From: Planctomycetaceae bacterium
GTDB lineage: Bacteria > Planctomycetota > Planctomycetia > Planctomycetales > Planctomycetaceae
Assembly: GCA_002722955.1 (NCBI GenBank)
Contig: PBMZ01000076.1
Span: 11,132 to 75,131 of the forward strand
DNA length: 64,000 bases
Direction of reading: 5' to 3'
In this document: positions 47,688-56,223 of the stretch, piece after piece
Layout: every line of letters starts with the position of its first letter
Numbering within the stretch: the first letter of the stretch is position 1
Made by a program: the position numbers and the translations under genes
The notes under the pieces: model-generated
What the model saw: only the letters and a program-made list of their open reading frames with translations
Database searches by the model: none
What the model was told of the DNA's origin: nothing

Positions 47688-49139
47688 GTCGTCGTCGTCT
47701 TTCTTCTTGTGACGTTTCCTTCTTGGCTTGGGTTTCGAGTCGGCAATCTTCTTGTCCCATGGCAAGGCTGCTCGCTTACGGTACTGAGGTCGAGCATCTC
47801 GCTTGGGCATTTTGTCGACAACCTGCTGGAACTTTGCCAAGACCGGCGCGAGATCGGCGGAGTCTCCGTTGAGCAAATTCGATCTCTCCAGAGGATCGTT
47901 CTTCAGGTCGTACAAGGCATTGATCTTGGCACCTTCATCGACCCAAACCTTGTAGCGTTTGTCTCGGATAATGCGTGCCGTGTAATCTTTGACACCACGA
48001 ACTCCGTCTTTATCCAGCTTGGCGGCACCATGTCCCAAGGCCATGATCCAGTCGCGCGGTGAATCCTTAGCCTTGCCCAAGATCAGTGGCGCGAACGAGC
48101 GGCCATCCAAAGTCGCTTCTTCTGGCAACATCGCCCTGCCCAACTCTGCAAAGGTTGGCAACAAATCAGAGAAGTCGGTGAGAGCATCTGTCTCGGCACC
48201 AGCGGTGACAAGTCCGGGACAATTCACGATGAAAGGCTCGCAGACGCCGCCTTCGAATTTCGAGGCCTTTCCGCCTGACGGACGCTTGCCCTTCACAGTT
48301 CCTCGTAACCCGCCGGAAGTGCCATTGTCGGTCGTGAAGATCACGATTGTTCGTTCACGGATTTTAAGTTTATCCAACGCACCGACCAAACGTCCCACCA
48401 AGTGATCTGTGTAGTTCACCATCGCTTTGTGCTTATCCAATTTGCTACTGACCTTCGGTTCGTTTGGTGTATGCACCAACGGACCGTGAGTGAGTGCCAT
48501 TGGGAAATAGACCATCATTGGTTCGTCGCGATGCTTGGTCATGAAATCGATTAAGAAGTCGCAATACACGTCGGGGCCGAATTTGTCTTTGTGCGTCTTG
48601 CTACCCGTGCCGCTTGTGTGAATGTAGGCGTCCCAATAACGCTCGGCACTGGGTGGGTTCTGTGCTTCGAAGCCCGTCCACACACACCACTCGTCGAATC
48701 CATGTTTTTTGAGAGCTTCGGGTTCGACGCGGAAGTCGTTGATTTGCCACTTGCCCGCGATCGCTGTCGAGTAACCCGCTGACTTCATCACCGTGGCGAA
48801 GGACGTGTACTTCTCCCAATCGAAGTAGCCAACTCCCCAACGCGGCACATCCCAGTGATTGACCCATCCCGTTCGCCACGGATACTGGCCCGTTAACAGA
48901 GTGACTCGAGTCGGCGTGCACTGCGGCATCGAATACGCGTTATGGAATTTCAAGCCACCCTTGGCCAGAGCGTCGATGTGTGGAGTCTCGATGTTGTCGG
49001 CACCGTAGCAACTGATCCAGTCCTTGCCCAAATCGTCAACCATGATGAAGACGATATTTGGCTTCTCGACGGCTTCCGATTGTTCGGGACTAAGAATGCA
49101 AACCACAGTGAGTATGAAGACAGGAAAAGTTTTGAGCAT
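47679..49139 (-). CDS. Sulfatase (arylsulfatase family), secreted, with a Lys/Arg/Asp-rich C-terminal tail
   Basis: It has a signal MLKTFPVFILTVVCILSPEQSEA, the motif NIVFIMVDDLGKDW and the active site QCTPTRVTLLTGQ. I place the start at ATG 49139 (M41 of the 526 aa track ORF). The 3' end overlaps the convergent trmH-like gene by 9 nt. Confidence 0.9.
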   Translation of the reverse strand: MLKTFPVFILTVVCILSPEQSEAVEKPNIVFIMVDDLGKDWISCYGADNIETPHIDALAKGGLKFHNAYSMPQCTPTRVTLLTGQYPWRTGWVNHWDVPRWGVGYFDWEKYTSFATVMKSAGYSTAIAGKWQINDFRVEPEALKKHGFDEWCVWTGFEAQNPPSAERYWDAYIHTSGTGSKTHKDKFGPDVYCDFLIDFMTKHRDEPMMVYFPMALTHGPLVHTPNEPKVSSKLDKHKAMVNYTDHLVGRLVGALDKLKIRERTIVIFTTDNGTSGGLRGTVKGKRPSGGKASKFEGGVCEPFIVNCPGLVTAGAETDALTDFSDLLPTFAELGRAMLPEEATLDGRSFAPLILGKAKDSPRDWIMALGHGAAKLDKDGVRGVKDYTARIIRDKRYKVWVDEGAKINALYDLKNDPLERSNLLNGDSADLAPVLAKFQQVVDKMPKRDARPQYRKRAALPWDKKIADSKPKPRRKRHKKKDDDDSN

Positions 49140-49359
49140 GATGAAGTTCTGAGACCGGTTGATTTGAGAAGTTTGTGAGGTCAAGTGTGCTCGCAGATCA
49201 CCTGTTTGAGATGTTAGGAGACATGGCTCGACTTTAACGGTTTTGCTTACTGTAGGCAATTTGCTGCTTAGTTCGTTCGCAGCGGCTTCTCGTCCTCAGT
49301 CTGTAACGATTGACGGAATTGAAGGTCTTCTGCTGAATTCGCGGAACCCTCGTTCCGAT

Positions 49360-49550
49360 CGGAAGAAGAGGAACAATCGGTGCAATTGATGGCACCGTGT
49401 CATTCGCGTCAGGGAAGTGGAGTGAGAATGTCCCGCCGTCCCGCGACTGTCAGGTGGACGAAAGCCGGCAAGATGCCACTGGCTCGATGAGCTGGGAAGG
49501 CGCGGTGAGTAGGAAGAAACCAAGCCAGGATATCTGACTCGATGACCAAC
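49360..49550 (+). promoter_or_regulatory. Cobalamin (B12) riboswitch
   Basis: Read directly: ...AGGGAAGTGGAGTGAGAATGTCCCGCCGTCCCGCGACTGTCAGG...AGCCGGCAAGATGCCACTGGCTCGATGAGCTGGGAAGGCGCGG...AAGCCAGGATATCTGACTC. This matches the conserved GGGAA / GGTG-AA-CC / CCCGC-ACTGT / GCCACTG / GGGAAGGC core and a B12-box-like AGYCMGGAnnnCYG element. It lies 35-220 nt upstream of the receptor ATG. Exact ends are approximate. Confidence 0.85.
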
Positions 49551-49583
49551 ACTTAACGGCTTCTTCGCGGAAAGGGCCACTGA

Positions 49584-51638
49584 ATGCGAGTCTCGTCACA
49601 GCTAATTGTCGTCGTAGCCACAGGCTGCCTGTTGAGCAGCCAAGTGTCTGCGGCGGAGCCATTGCTCAAACGCTTCACGAAGCTATCGTTTGTTGGTCGG
49701 AAAACCGGCGAACAAGATCAAACCGGTCGCGTCATCATTCCCGTTATTCAAGAAACCGAAGAAGCAGAATCAGCTGACGATGAAGCTGCCGGGACATCCG
49801 AGGGCGAAATACCAACGATTCCCGAAACCGAGGTCACGGCCGAGCCGTTTCCAAGATCGCCGCTTTCCAATGACAACGTCCTAACACCGACGCGAACCGT
49901 GAAGCCGCGCGGCCGCGTTGGTAGCTCGGTCACGGTGATCACTGAAGAGCAAATTCGGCAAAGCCAACACACGTACGTTCAAGATGTCCTGCGTACTGTG
50001 CCAGGATTGGATATTGCTCGGAGCGGTGGCCCAGGACAGATCACAAGTGTCTTCTTACGCGGCGGTAAGAGCGAGCAGACGAAGGTTTTTCTCGACGGAA
50101 TTCCCATCAACGATCCCAGCAACGCGGCGCGGTCATTTGATTTTGGCTCGCTAACCTTGGACAACATCGAGCGAATTGAAGTTCTCAGAGGCGCTCAAAG
50201 TACGCTTTACGGATCGGATGCCATCGGCGGTGTCATCTACATCACAACGAAACGCGGCGACGGTCCGTTGACGGTTCGAGCAACCTCGGCCGGCGGCACT
50301 TTCGACACGTTCAATCAGTCTGCAAGCCTCAGCGGCGGCAACGACAAGTTCTATTACTCTGTTGGTGGCTCGTTCTATGAAACAAACGGCTTTTCTGCCA
50401 TCAGCAAGAACCGCGGCGGGCAGGAAAACGACGGATTCCGCAACGGCACGGTTTCTGGTCGGATGGGTTGGATTCCAACAGAGTCGATCGATGTTGACTA
50501 TGTGTTCCGTTACAACGATTCCGATGCGCAAATCGACGATAGCTTTACAGTTTCTGATGATTTGATCCGCAAGGTCTTGAATGAATCCTTCTTCTCTCGG
50601 ATTCAAACTCGGATGACGTCTTGGGACGGGAAGCTCGAACAAATTGCGGGTTACAACTATGTCAACTACAACCGTGCCGACACGAATTCTGGAATCTTCT
50701 TAGCCCCCGAATTCGAGGGACGGACAGTTCAATTCGACTATCAAGCCAACTTGCTGTTTTGGGATAGCTGTCGCCATGAGAACATTCTGACGGTTGGCAC
50801 GCACTACTTGGACGAGGCCGCCAGCGATTCGTTCAGTACGCAACGACGTCGTCGCTATAACCGATCGGCCTTCATTCAAGACCAGATCAGCATCGATGAT
50901 CGATTGTTCTTGACGATCGGTGGTCGCAGTGACTTTTACAGCTTGGCCGGAAGCACAGAGACGTATCAGGCGACAGGACGATACGAATTGAGCGATGAGC
51001 GGACAGCCATTCATGCTTCGATCGGAACTGGCTTCCGAGCCCCCTCGTTCTCTGAGCTTCAGTTTGGTCCAAACCTGCGTCCTGAAGAAAGCAAAGGCTG
51101 GGAGTATGGCGTCGAATACGCGTTAAACAATGGTCGCTTCATCTTCGATGCCACTTACTTCCGCAACGATTTCAAAGACCAAATCGCCTTCGATTTCAAT
51201 ACGTTTACCTTGCAAAACATCGGCAGTGCCTTGGCTTCGGGCGTCGAAGTTGCTGGCACGCTGTACGTTGCCGAGGCAAGCTATGTCACGGCGACTTACA
51301 CGCACACGGACACGCGAGATCGATCGGATGGTCAAGAGCTCGTCCGACGTCCGCGTCACAAATTCAATGTGCGTTACAATCAACGATTCTTGAAGAACAA
51401 GGCGAACGCCAACTTCGGATACCGCTGGGTCGACGATCGCCGCGACTTTGGCGGAATTCTGGACGACTACTCTGCACTGGACATGGCGCTCTCGTACAAC
51501 GTCAGCGACCAGCTTCAACTGTTCGCTCGAGTCGACAATGTGCTCGACGAAATCTACGAAGAGGTGATCAATTTCGCGACACCGCGAGTTTCCGCATTCG
51601 CTGGCGCGACGATTACGTTTTCCGGCAGCAAGAAGTAG
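49584..51638 (+). CDS. btuB: TonB-dependent outer-membrane receptor, vitamin B12 transporter BtuB-like
   Basis: 684 aa with signal peptide MRVSSQLIVVVATGCLLSSQVSAAEP. The plug-domain region DVLRTVPGLDIARSGGPGQITSVFLRGGKSEQTKVFLDGIPINDP...IERIEVLRGAQSTLYGSDAIGGVIYITTKRG resembles E. coli BtuB. An aromatic-rich C-terminal barrel end is present. A B12 riboswitch lies upstream. Confidence 0.85.
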   Translation: MRVSSQLIVVVATGCLLSSQVSAAEPLLKRFTKLSFVGRKTGEQDQTGRVIIPVIQETEEAESADDEAAGTSEGEIPTIPETEVTAEPFPRSPLSNDNVLTPTRTVKPRGRVGSSVTVITEEQIRQSQHTYVQDVLRTVPGLDIARSGGPGQITSVFLRGGKSEQTKVFLDGIPINDPSNAARSFDFGSLTLDNIERIEVLRGAQSTLYGSDAIGGVIYITTKRGDGPLTVRATSAGGTFDTFNQSASLSGGNDKFYYSVGGSFYETNGFSAISKNRGGQENDGFRNGTVSGRMGWIPTESIDVDYVFRYNDSDAQIDDSFTVSDDLIRKVLNESFFSRIQTRMTSWDGKLEQIAGYNYVNYNRADTNSGIFLAPEFEGRTVQFDYQANLLFWDSCRHENILTVGTHYLDEAASDSFSTQRRRRYNRSAFIQDQISIDDRLFLTIGGRSDFYSLAGSTETYQATGRYELSDERTAIHASIGTGFRAPSFSELQFGPNLRPEESKGWEYGVEYALNNGRFIFDATYFRNDFKDQIAFDFNTFTLQNIGSALASGVEVAGTLYVAEASYVTATYTHTDTRDRSDGQELVRRPRHKFNVRYNQRFLKNKANANFGYRWVDDRRDFGGILDDYSALDMALSYNVSDQLQLFARVDNVLDEIYEEVINFATPRVSAFAGATITFSGSKK

Positions 51639-51721
51639 CTGCATCGTTTAAGGCAAGGCTTCTCGGGTATAAGTCCTCGCCTACGGGTTAAACGACCAAT
51701 GTTGCGGGCCTACTCTGATCC

Positions 51722-52471
51722 TCAGACGCCTCGCCCGGATCCATACAAGCGAACGTGATGCCGGTCCGAGTAGTTGACACCTAGAGCACCGCAACGAGTC
51801 CAAAGCCACTCTTGCTTTTCCTGTAGCTCGGGCAAGGTCATCGCTTCACCCATCAAGTAGACTCGATCCAAATCAATCTCGTATTGCTCGACCAATTCTT
51901 GCACTTCGACCAAGTCATCAGGCGTTTCAATAACGAACTTGAAGTGACTCCGAGAACACGCAGCGAACCACTTCAAGGCGTCATCGACAAGTCGTCGCGC
52001 TGACTCCACGCGCGAGTTCGATAGCTTCGGCGAGACGTTGTATTGAACGCTCGCCCGGTCGATGTCGTCTATCGGAATCAGCGTTGCGTTCGTCTCAATC
52101 TCGAACTGATAGCTCTGGTCAATCTTTTTCAGGCCATCAATCAGCTGAGATAACTCGTCCTGTTGCAGTAGGGGCTCACCACCAGTAATCACAACATTGC
52201 GGCAGTCGAATTGATGGATTCGTTCACAGACATCCGCGGCGTCAAGCGTGACGATTTCGTTTTCCTTTGTGAACTTCGCGGGCGTGTCGCCGTCGGTGAT
52301 GTGTGGGAAGGCCGTGCCTTGCCAGTTCCAGGTGTACGCAGTATCGCACCAATAGCAGTACAAGTTGCAAAGGCTCAACCGCACAAACACCGACGGGCGG
52401 CCAATGGTTTTGCCTTCTCCTTGAATGCTGTAAAAGATTTCCGCGTCATCGTCACATCGCGCTAAACGCAT
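51722..52471 (-). CDS. queE: 7-carboxy-7-deazaguanine synthase (radical SAM)
   Basis: 249 aa. EIFYSIQGEGKTIGRPSVFVRLSLCNLYCYWCDTAYTW carries the QueE CxxxCxxC-type cluster motif and the N-terminal QGEG motif. Confidence 0.85.
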   Translation of the reverse strand: MRLARCDDDAEIFYSIQGEGKTIGRPSVFVRLSLCNLYCYWCDTAYTWNWQGTAFPHITDGDTPAKFTKENEIVTLDAADVCERIHQFDCRNVVITGGEPLLQQDELSQLIDGLKKIDQSYQFEIETNATLIPIDDIDRASVQYNVSPKLSNSRVESARRLVDDALKWFAACSRSHFKFVIETPDDLVEVQELVEQYEIDLDRVYLMGEAMTLPELQEKQEWLWTRCGALGVNYSDRHHVRLYGSGRGV

Positions 52472-52511
52472 TTTCCCTTCTCACATGTCGATTCGATGGT
52501 TATATCGCCGA

Positions 52512-53324
52512 CTAAAACAAGCATAGCTTGCCGCGACGATCGGTCCCACTCCACTCGAGCATCGGTTGCGCAAAACTTTGCTCGCGCCCCAGAAAACGCC
52601 GCCGAGCAAACTGACAACGCCGGATGGATCGACGAGCCCCCCATCCCGGGCGGACCATTTGAATCTTTTCCTCGCCAAGATGCCAGTTCGAGAGGATCTC
52701 GCCCCAAGCGTTTACTCGCTGTTTTGGGCGAATATGAATCGGATCGAATCCGTACCACTCCGATCGAGCCTCGACAACGCGGACACTTTCGTCAGACCAA
52801 GATGTCAAGGTCTCGTTGATTGCAGCGACTCGATCCAAGAATCCGTCGTAGCCGAATTCACTTCGAGGAAAGAACAACGTCCGCGTTGCCATAAATCGCG
52901 CCCGTGACAGATTCCTCAAACTGTCGAAGGGCAACAACGTGATCACTGTTTGAGAGTTTTGTTTTTTGAGACGCTCTACGCAGTCGGCCACCCAAGCCAA
53001 CGTTTGCTCCGTACTAACGCCATAAAGCAAATCGTTCCCGATGTCGGTAATCAGGGCCACAGTGGTCGACGGTTCGTTGTCCTCTTCAAGCTCGTCCCAA
53101 AGATTACACTCGGTGATACCCGGCAGCGAGCGATACAACACATTGCTCCAAATTCCGTACGAACGCCCATGCCCGACGGCCGTGAAGATGTCGGCGTAAG
53201 GAAGACTTGACCTCAGCGAATGAGCGATCAGGGGCAACGAAATCGTCGCGTTGCTGGCACCGAGCACGACAACTCGATAACGCGATTTCGATGGAGTTTC
53301 GCCCATTTCTTGTTCCAACAACAC
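52512..53324 (-). CDS. SGNH/GDSL-like hydrolase-fold protein (putative)
   Basis: 270 aa with block-like motifs VVVLGASNA, ITDIGNDLLYG (GxND) and GFDPIHI (DxxH). The catalytic Ser context is atypical (GASN rather than GDS). It lies 40 nt upstream of queE on the same strand. Confidence 0.45.
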   Translation of the reverse strand: MLLEQEMGETPSKSRYRVVVLGASNATISLPLIAHSLRSSLPYADIFTAVGHGRSYGIWSNVLYRSLPGITECNLWDELEEDNEPSTTVALITDIGNDLLYGVSTEQTLAWVADCVERLKKQNSQTVITLLPFDSLRNLSRARFMATRTLFFPRSEFGYDGFLDRVAAINETLTSWSDESVRVVEARSEWYGFDPIHIRPKQRVNAWGEILSNWHLGEEKIQMVRPGWGARRSIRRCQFARRRFLGREQSFAQPMLEWSGTDRRGKLCLF

Positions 53325-53338
53325 TGCTGCGCCTGCAA

Positions 53339-53438
53339 GTAACCCGACGCGTTAGCGAGGGACGCTCACACGCGTTTGCAAACATGTTGTATTGCTTGCG
53401 AACGCGTGTGAGCGTCCCTCGCTGACGCGTCGGGTTAC
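53339..53438. repeat. REP-like inverted repeat: 43 nt arms, 41/43 complementary, 14 nt loop
   Basis: GTAACCCGACGCGTTAGCGAGGGACGCTCACACGCGTTTGCAA (53339-53381) pairs with TTGCGAACGCGTGTGAGCGTCCCTCGCTGACGCGTCGGGTTAC (53396-53438). It generates four mirror-image spurious ORFs in the track. Confidence 0.9.
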
Positions 53439-53461
53439 CATCAAAAGCACGCAGTCTCGAT

Positions 53462-53812
53462 TCACCGCAAGGTCGTCAGCTGACGCGTGCGCACAAGCGT
53501 CAACACAATCAGGTTTCCAAAGTGCATCGATCCCAAAACTAAACACACGATGCCAACATTGGTCGAGACGAAATTGACCGCATCGATCAGTGTCGAGGCT
53601 CGATCGCCAAAACGCAACATCAGGGCGACAAAGGCGATGTTGACCAAATAGTAGCCAACCAACAACAAGTGGTTCACGGCATCCGCCAACGATTCGTTTC
53701 CGTCAAAACATTTGACCAAAAAATGACGCCCATTTTTGTGCAACGAGTGTCCGACACAGACAGTAATAAGCACGCTAATCGTCAAGTAGATTGCATAAGT
53801 AAGCGCGTTCAT
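53462..53812 (-). CDS. Small integral membrane protein (3 predicted TM helices), paralog 1
   Basis: MNALTYAIYLTISVLITVCVGHSL...HLLLVGYYLVNIAFVALML...STNVGIVCLVLGSMHFGNLIVL. The start is placed at ATG 53812 (M12 of the track ORF). Confidence 0.7.
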   Translation of the reverse strand: MNALTYAIYLTISVLITVCVGHSLHKNGRHFLVKCFDGNESLADAVNHLLLVGYYLVNIAFVALMLRFGDRASTLIDAVNFVSTNVGIVCLVLGSMHFGNLIVLTLVRTRQLTTLR

Positions 53813-53878
53813 GGCCACTGTCCTTAGAAAAAGAACTCCCGGCAAGGCAAACCATGCCGGGAGTTTCGATGGCTGCGA

Positions 53879-54304
53879 TTATCTTCCGATATCGCTTCGC
53901 AGATTCTCGAACGTTTCGATTTCCATCGGCTCACGATGATTGTAGCCATCGAACTCGTCTCGCTTGTTGCGGCTCTTTCGAATCACACCCAATGCGATCA
54001 AGATCATGAAGTGGACTGCACCCAATCCGACCAGGATCACCCCCACCTTCGTGCTGAGCAGTTCGACGGCACTGGTAACGTCGGTGACACTGTTGCCAAT
54101 TCGCAACGCGACGCAGATGGCACCAACGTTGATCAGGTAAAAGCCAACTGTCAGCAAATGGGTGATGGCAAACGAATCTTCTTTGGACTCTTCGCCGCTA
54201 TCGATCATCTTCGGAGCGTGGATGTTCAAAGCTCGAGCCGCCCAAATCGTTGCACCGACGCTGACCACCAAATATCCCACGTATGTCCAAGCTAAAGTCG
54301 TCAT
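53879..54304 (-). CDS. Small integral membrane protein (3 predicted TM helices), paralog 2
   Basis: MTTLAWTYVGYLVVSVGATIWAARAL...HLLTVGFYLINVGAICVAL...STKVGVILVGLGAVHFMILIAL. It shares motifs and topology with the downstream paralog. Confidence 0.7.
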   Translation of the reverse strand: MTTLAWTYVGYLVVSVGATIWAARALNIHAPKMIDSGEESKEDSFAITHLLTVGFYLINVGAICVALRIGNSVTDVTSAVELLSTKVGVILVGLGAVHFMILIALGVIRKSRNKRDEFDGYNHREPMEIETFENLRSDIGR

Positions 54305-54541
54305 CTCTCTTCACCCTTCGTATGTCTAAGGTTTGCGATTGTTTCGCGGTTTTGTTTGATTTCTGCTCTGTCATATGAACCGCAAGAATCTCGAAGGGTT
54401 AACAGACAACTGATGAAGAATTAGTTCGCTAGACAGTGTTGGTTGTGCCGGGAACTTACTTTCGTAAGGATCTGGGCCTATCGAAGGTCATTGTTTGGTC
54501 AATGGATCTCAGGTTCTTAAAACCTCGAAGTCACCTACTCG

Positions 54542-54700
54542 ATGTTTTCACTGCCACTGTTGACCAAAGATCTGATCGAGCAATCGGGGCGGCAGCGGAC
54601 TTACTTCATCCGGACGCTGTTGGCGGTGGTGCTGTTTACCGTTCCGATCATCGAATTCGGTGATATGTACGTCTACGGCGGCGAGTACGCACAACAGCCA
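54542..54700 (+). pseudogene. Possible 5' fragment of an ABC-2-type permease-like gene
   Basis: MFSLPLLTKDLIEQSGRQRTYFIRTLLAVVLFTVPIIEF resembles the N-termini of planctomycete ABC-2 permeases (this is my recollection). The frame then runs into the opposite-strand vWA gene and loses protein-like character. Confidence 0.3.
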
Positions 54701-55118
54701 GGCATGTCGCCTCCTCGCCATTCGTGGCAACCGGTAATCGGTCGATGGCCTTCCGAATCTCTGAAAGCTTCGCCGTCGGTTGGCGAGTCATCTGATGGAT
54801 TCGATCACTAAAGCCAAACATCGATGTCAACATACGTGAATCGGCATCACCTGCGGGCTCCGGAAGCATCGCCAATTCTTCAAAGACCTTGCCGAATAGT
54901 TTGCGAATCTCCTGTTGATCGTCCTTCATGCTGGGCGATTCGTCGAACAGCCAAACGACATGAAGCGGATCTTTCGCACGTTTCCAGTCCAACGACAACC
55001 TTGCCAAAACATCACGGTAGCTCGTGAGTCGAATCGAGTGTTTGCTTTGGTCTTGGGCCGAACAGACCGTGATCATCGAGACTGATAAGAACATTGCAGC
55101 GCATGAACGAAACATCAA
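54648..55118 (-). CDS. Secreted von Willebrand factor A (vWA, MIDAS DxSxS) domain protein, apparently 3'-truncated
   Basis: It has a signal MMFRSCAAMFLSVSMITVCSAQ, the MIDAS motif VVWLFDESPSMKDD and the following helices/strands up to ...AIDRLPVATNGEEATCLAV. The ORF then ends in an Arg-rich non-domain tail (VVRTRRRRRTYHRIR). Confidence 0.6.
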   Translation of the reverse strand: MMFRSCAAMFLSVSMITVCSAQDQSKHSIRLTSYRDVLARLSLDWKRAKDPLHVVWLFDESPSMKDDQQEIRKLFGKVFEELAMLPEPAGDADSRMLTSMFGFSDRIHQMTRQPTAKLSEIRKAIDRLPVATNGEEATCLAVVRTRRRRRTYHRIR

Positions 55119-55144
55119 TGCCCCCTTTGAACGTGCGGCTCAGA

Positions 55145-56185
55145 TCACCGTTGATAGATCGGCAAATACTGATACTCAACGGAGAGTGCTAGTACTGCCA
55201 TGCTGGTGGCGTAGACGGGGCCTTGGCTCTTTTCGCTTCCGCGCGTCGCCATCCAGCTGCCATCGGGATTTTGTGCGGCCAGCAATGTTCGCACCAGTTG
55301 GTCGCGTGTGTTGATCCAGTCTTTGCCGCCAACTTTGAACATGCCGACGCTGCAGTAATAGACGCCATAAAAGAAGTAATGGCTGTTAAAGTTCAACTCG
55401 CGTTCACGAAGGAAAGCGACGCCGCCCATGACCTCGGGTGATCGATGTTCGCCGCAGACTTCCAGGGCAAGGATTCCGGTTCCGGTCCGAGTTGGTGTGG
55501 GATCGCCGCCGGGTTGATAGGCGAAGCCGCGGTTTCCTCGACCGGCACATTTCTTGACGTACGCGATTGCGGCTTCGATGTTCTCTAATGGTACGTCGCA
55601 ACCGATATCCTTGGCCGCTCGCAACGCGAGCAATTGCCAACCGGTGACGCTTAGATCACTGTCACCTGCGCCGGGCGAGTATCTCCAGCCGCCAGCATGC
55701 AAGGGCGACTTTCGCACGTATTGAGCATCCAAGGTCAGCCGGATGGCTCTTTCTAAAGCCTGCTTCACGCGGCGAGCTTGGCCACCTTCGACCATGCCCA
55801 GGACTTCAGCCAACATCAACGTGCTGATGCCATGGCTATACATGGGACCGTGGCTACGTTTGTGAACGAGCAACCCGTTTTGTTCTTGGCGGTCGATGAC
55901 CCATTTGATTCCGCGTTCGATGTTCCGAGCGTAAGGTCCTTCTCCGGGAACATGACCGGCGGCCATGAATGACATCACTGCCAAGGATGTCGCCGCGGTG
56001 GACTCACCGTATTGATCGACTTTCCAAGCCCCGGAAACCTGCTGTTGCGACGCAATAAACTCCAGCGCCTTGGCGATGGCGTCATCCGTTCGACGTTGAA
56101 GTGGAGTTCGCGGCGCGGCAGACGCCTCGGGCAAGAAGCAGGCAGCAGGCAGAAGAATTGTTAACAGGACTCTTCGGATCGACAC
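55145..56185 (-). CDS. Secreted prenyltransferase / squalene-oxidase repeat (terpenoid cyclase-fold) protein
   Basis: 346 aa with a signal peptide. Repeats have the QQxxGxW type: SQQQVSGAWKV, RQEQNGLLV, AGGWRYSPG and AQNPDGSWMA. Confidence 0.8.
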   Translation of the reverse strand: MSIRRVLLTILLPAACFLPEASAAPRTPLQRRTDDAIAKALEFIASQQQVSGAWKVDQYGESTAATSLAVMSFMAAGHVPGEGPYARNIERGIKWVIDRQEQNGLLVHKRSHGPMYSHGISTLMLAEVLGMVEGGQARRVKQALERAIRLTLDAQYVRKSPLHAGGWRYSPGAGDSDLSVTGWQLLALRAAKDIGCDVPLENIEAAIAYVKKCAGRGNRGFAYQPGGDPTPTRTGTGILALEVCGEHRSPEVMGGVAFLRERELNFNSHYFFYGVYYCSVGMFKVGGKDWINTRDQLVRTLLAAQNPDGSWMATRGSEKSQGPVYATSMAVLALSVEYQYLPIYQR

Positions 56186-56223
56186 GTTTTGTCTCCGGCT
56201 GCTGTTTGCTGGGCGGCCGCGAA

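Noticed and set aside
53104-53577. Four small ORFs with mirrored sequences (MFANACERPSLTRRVT / MLANACERPSLTRRVT and RVSEGRSHAFAN... / RRVSEGRSHAFAS...). Likewise 60631-60828 and 60716-61099, which both begin MRRFIAA.
   Set aside because: They are translation artefacts of the two arms of long inverted repeats. The same peptide appears on both strands because the DNA is palindromic.
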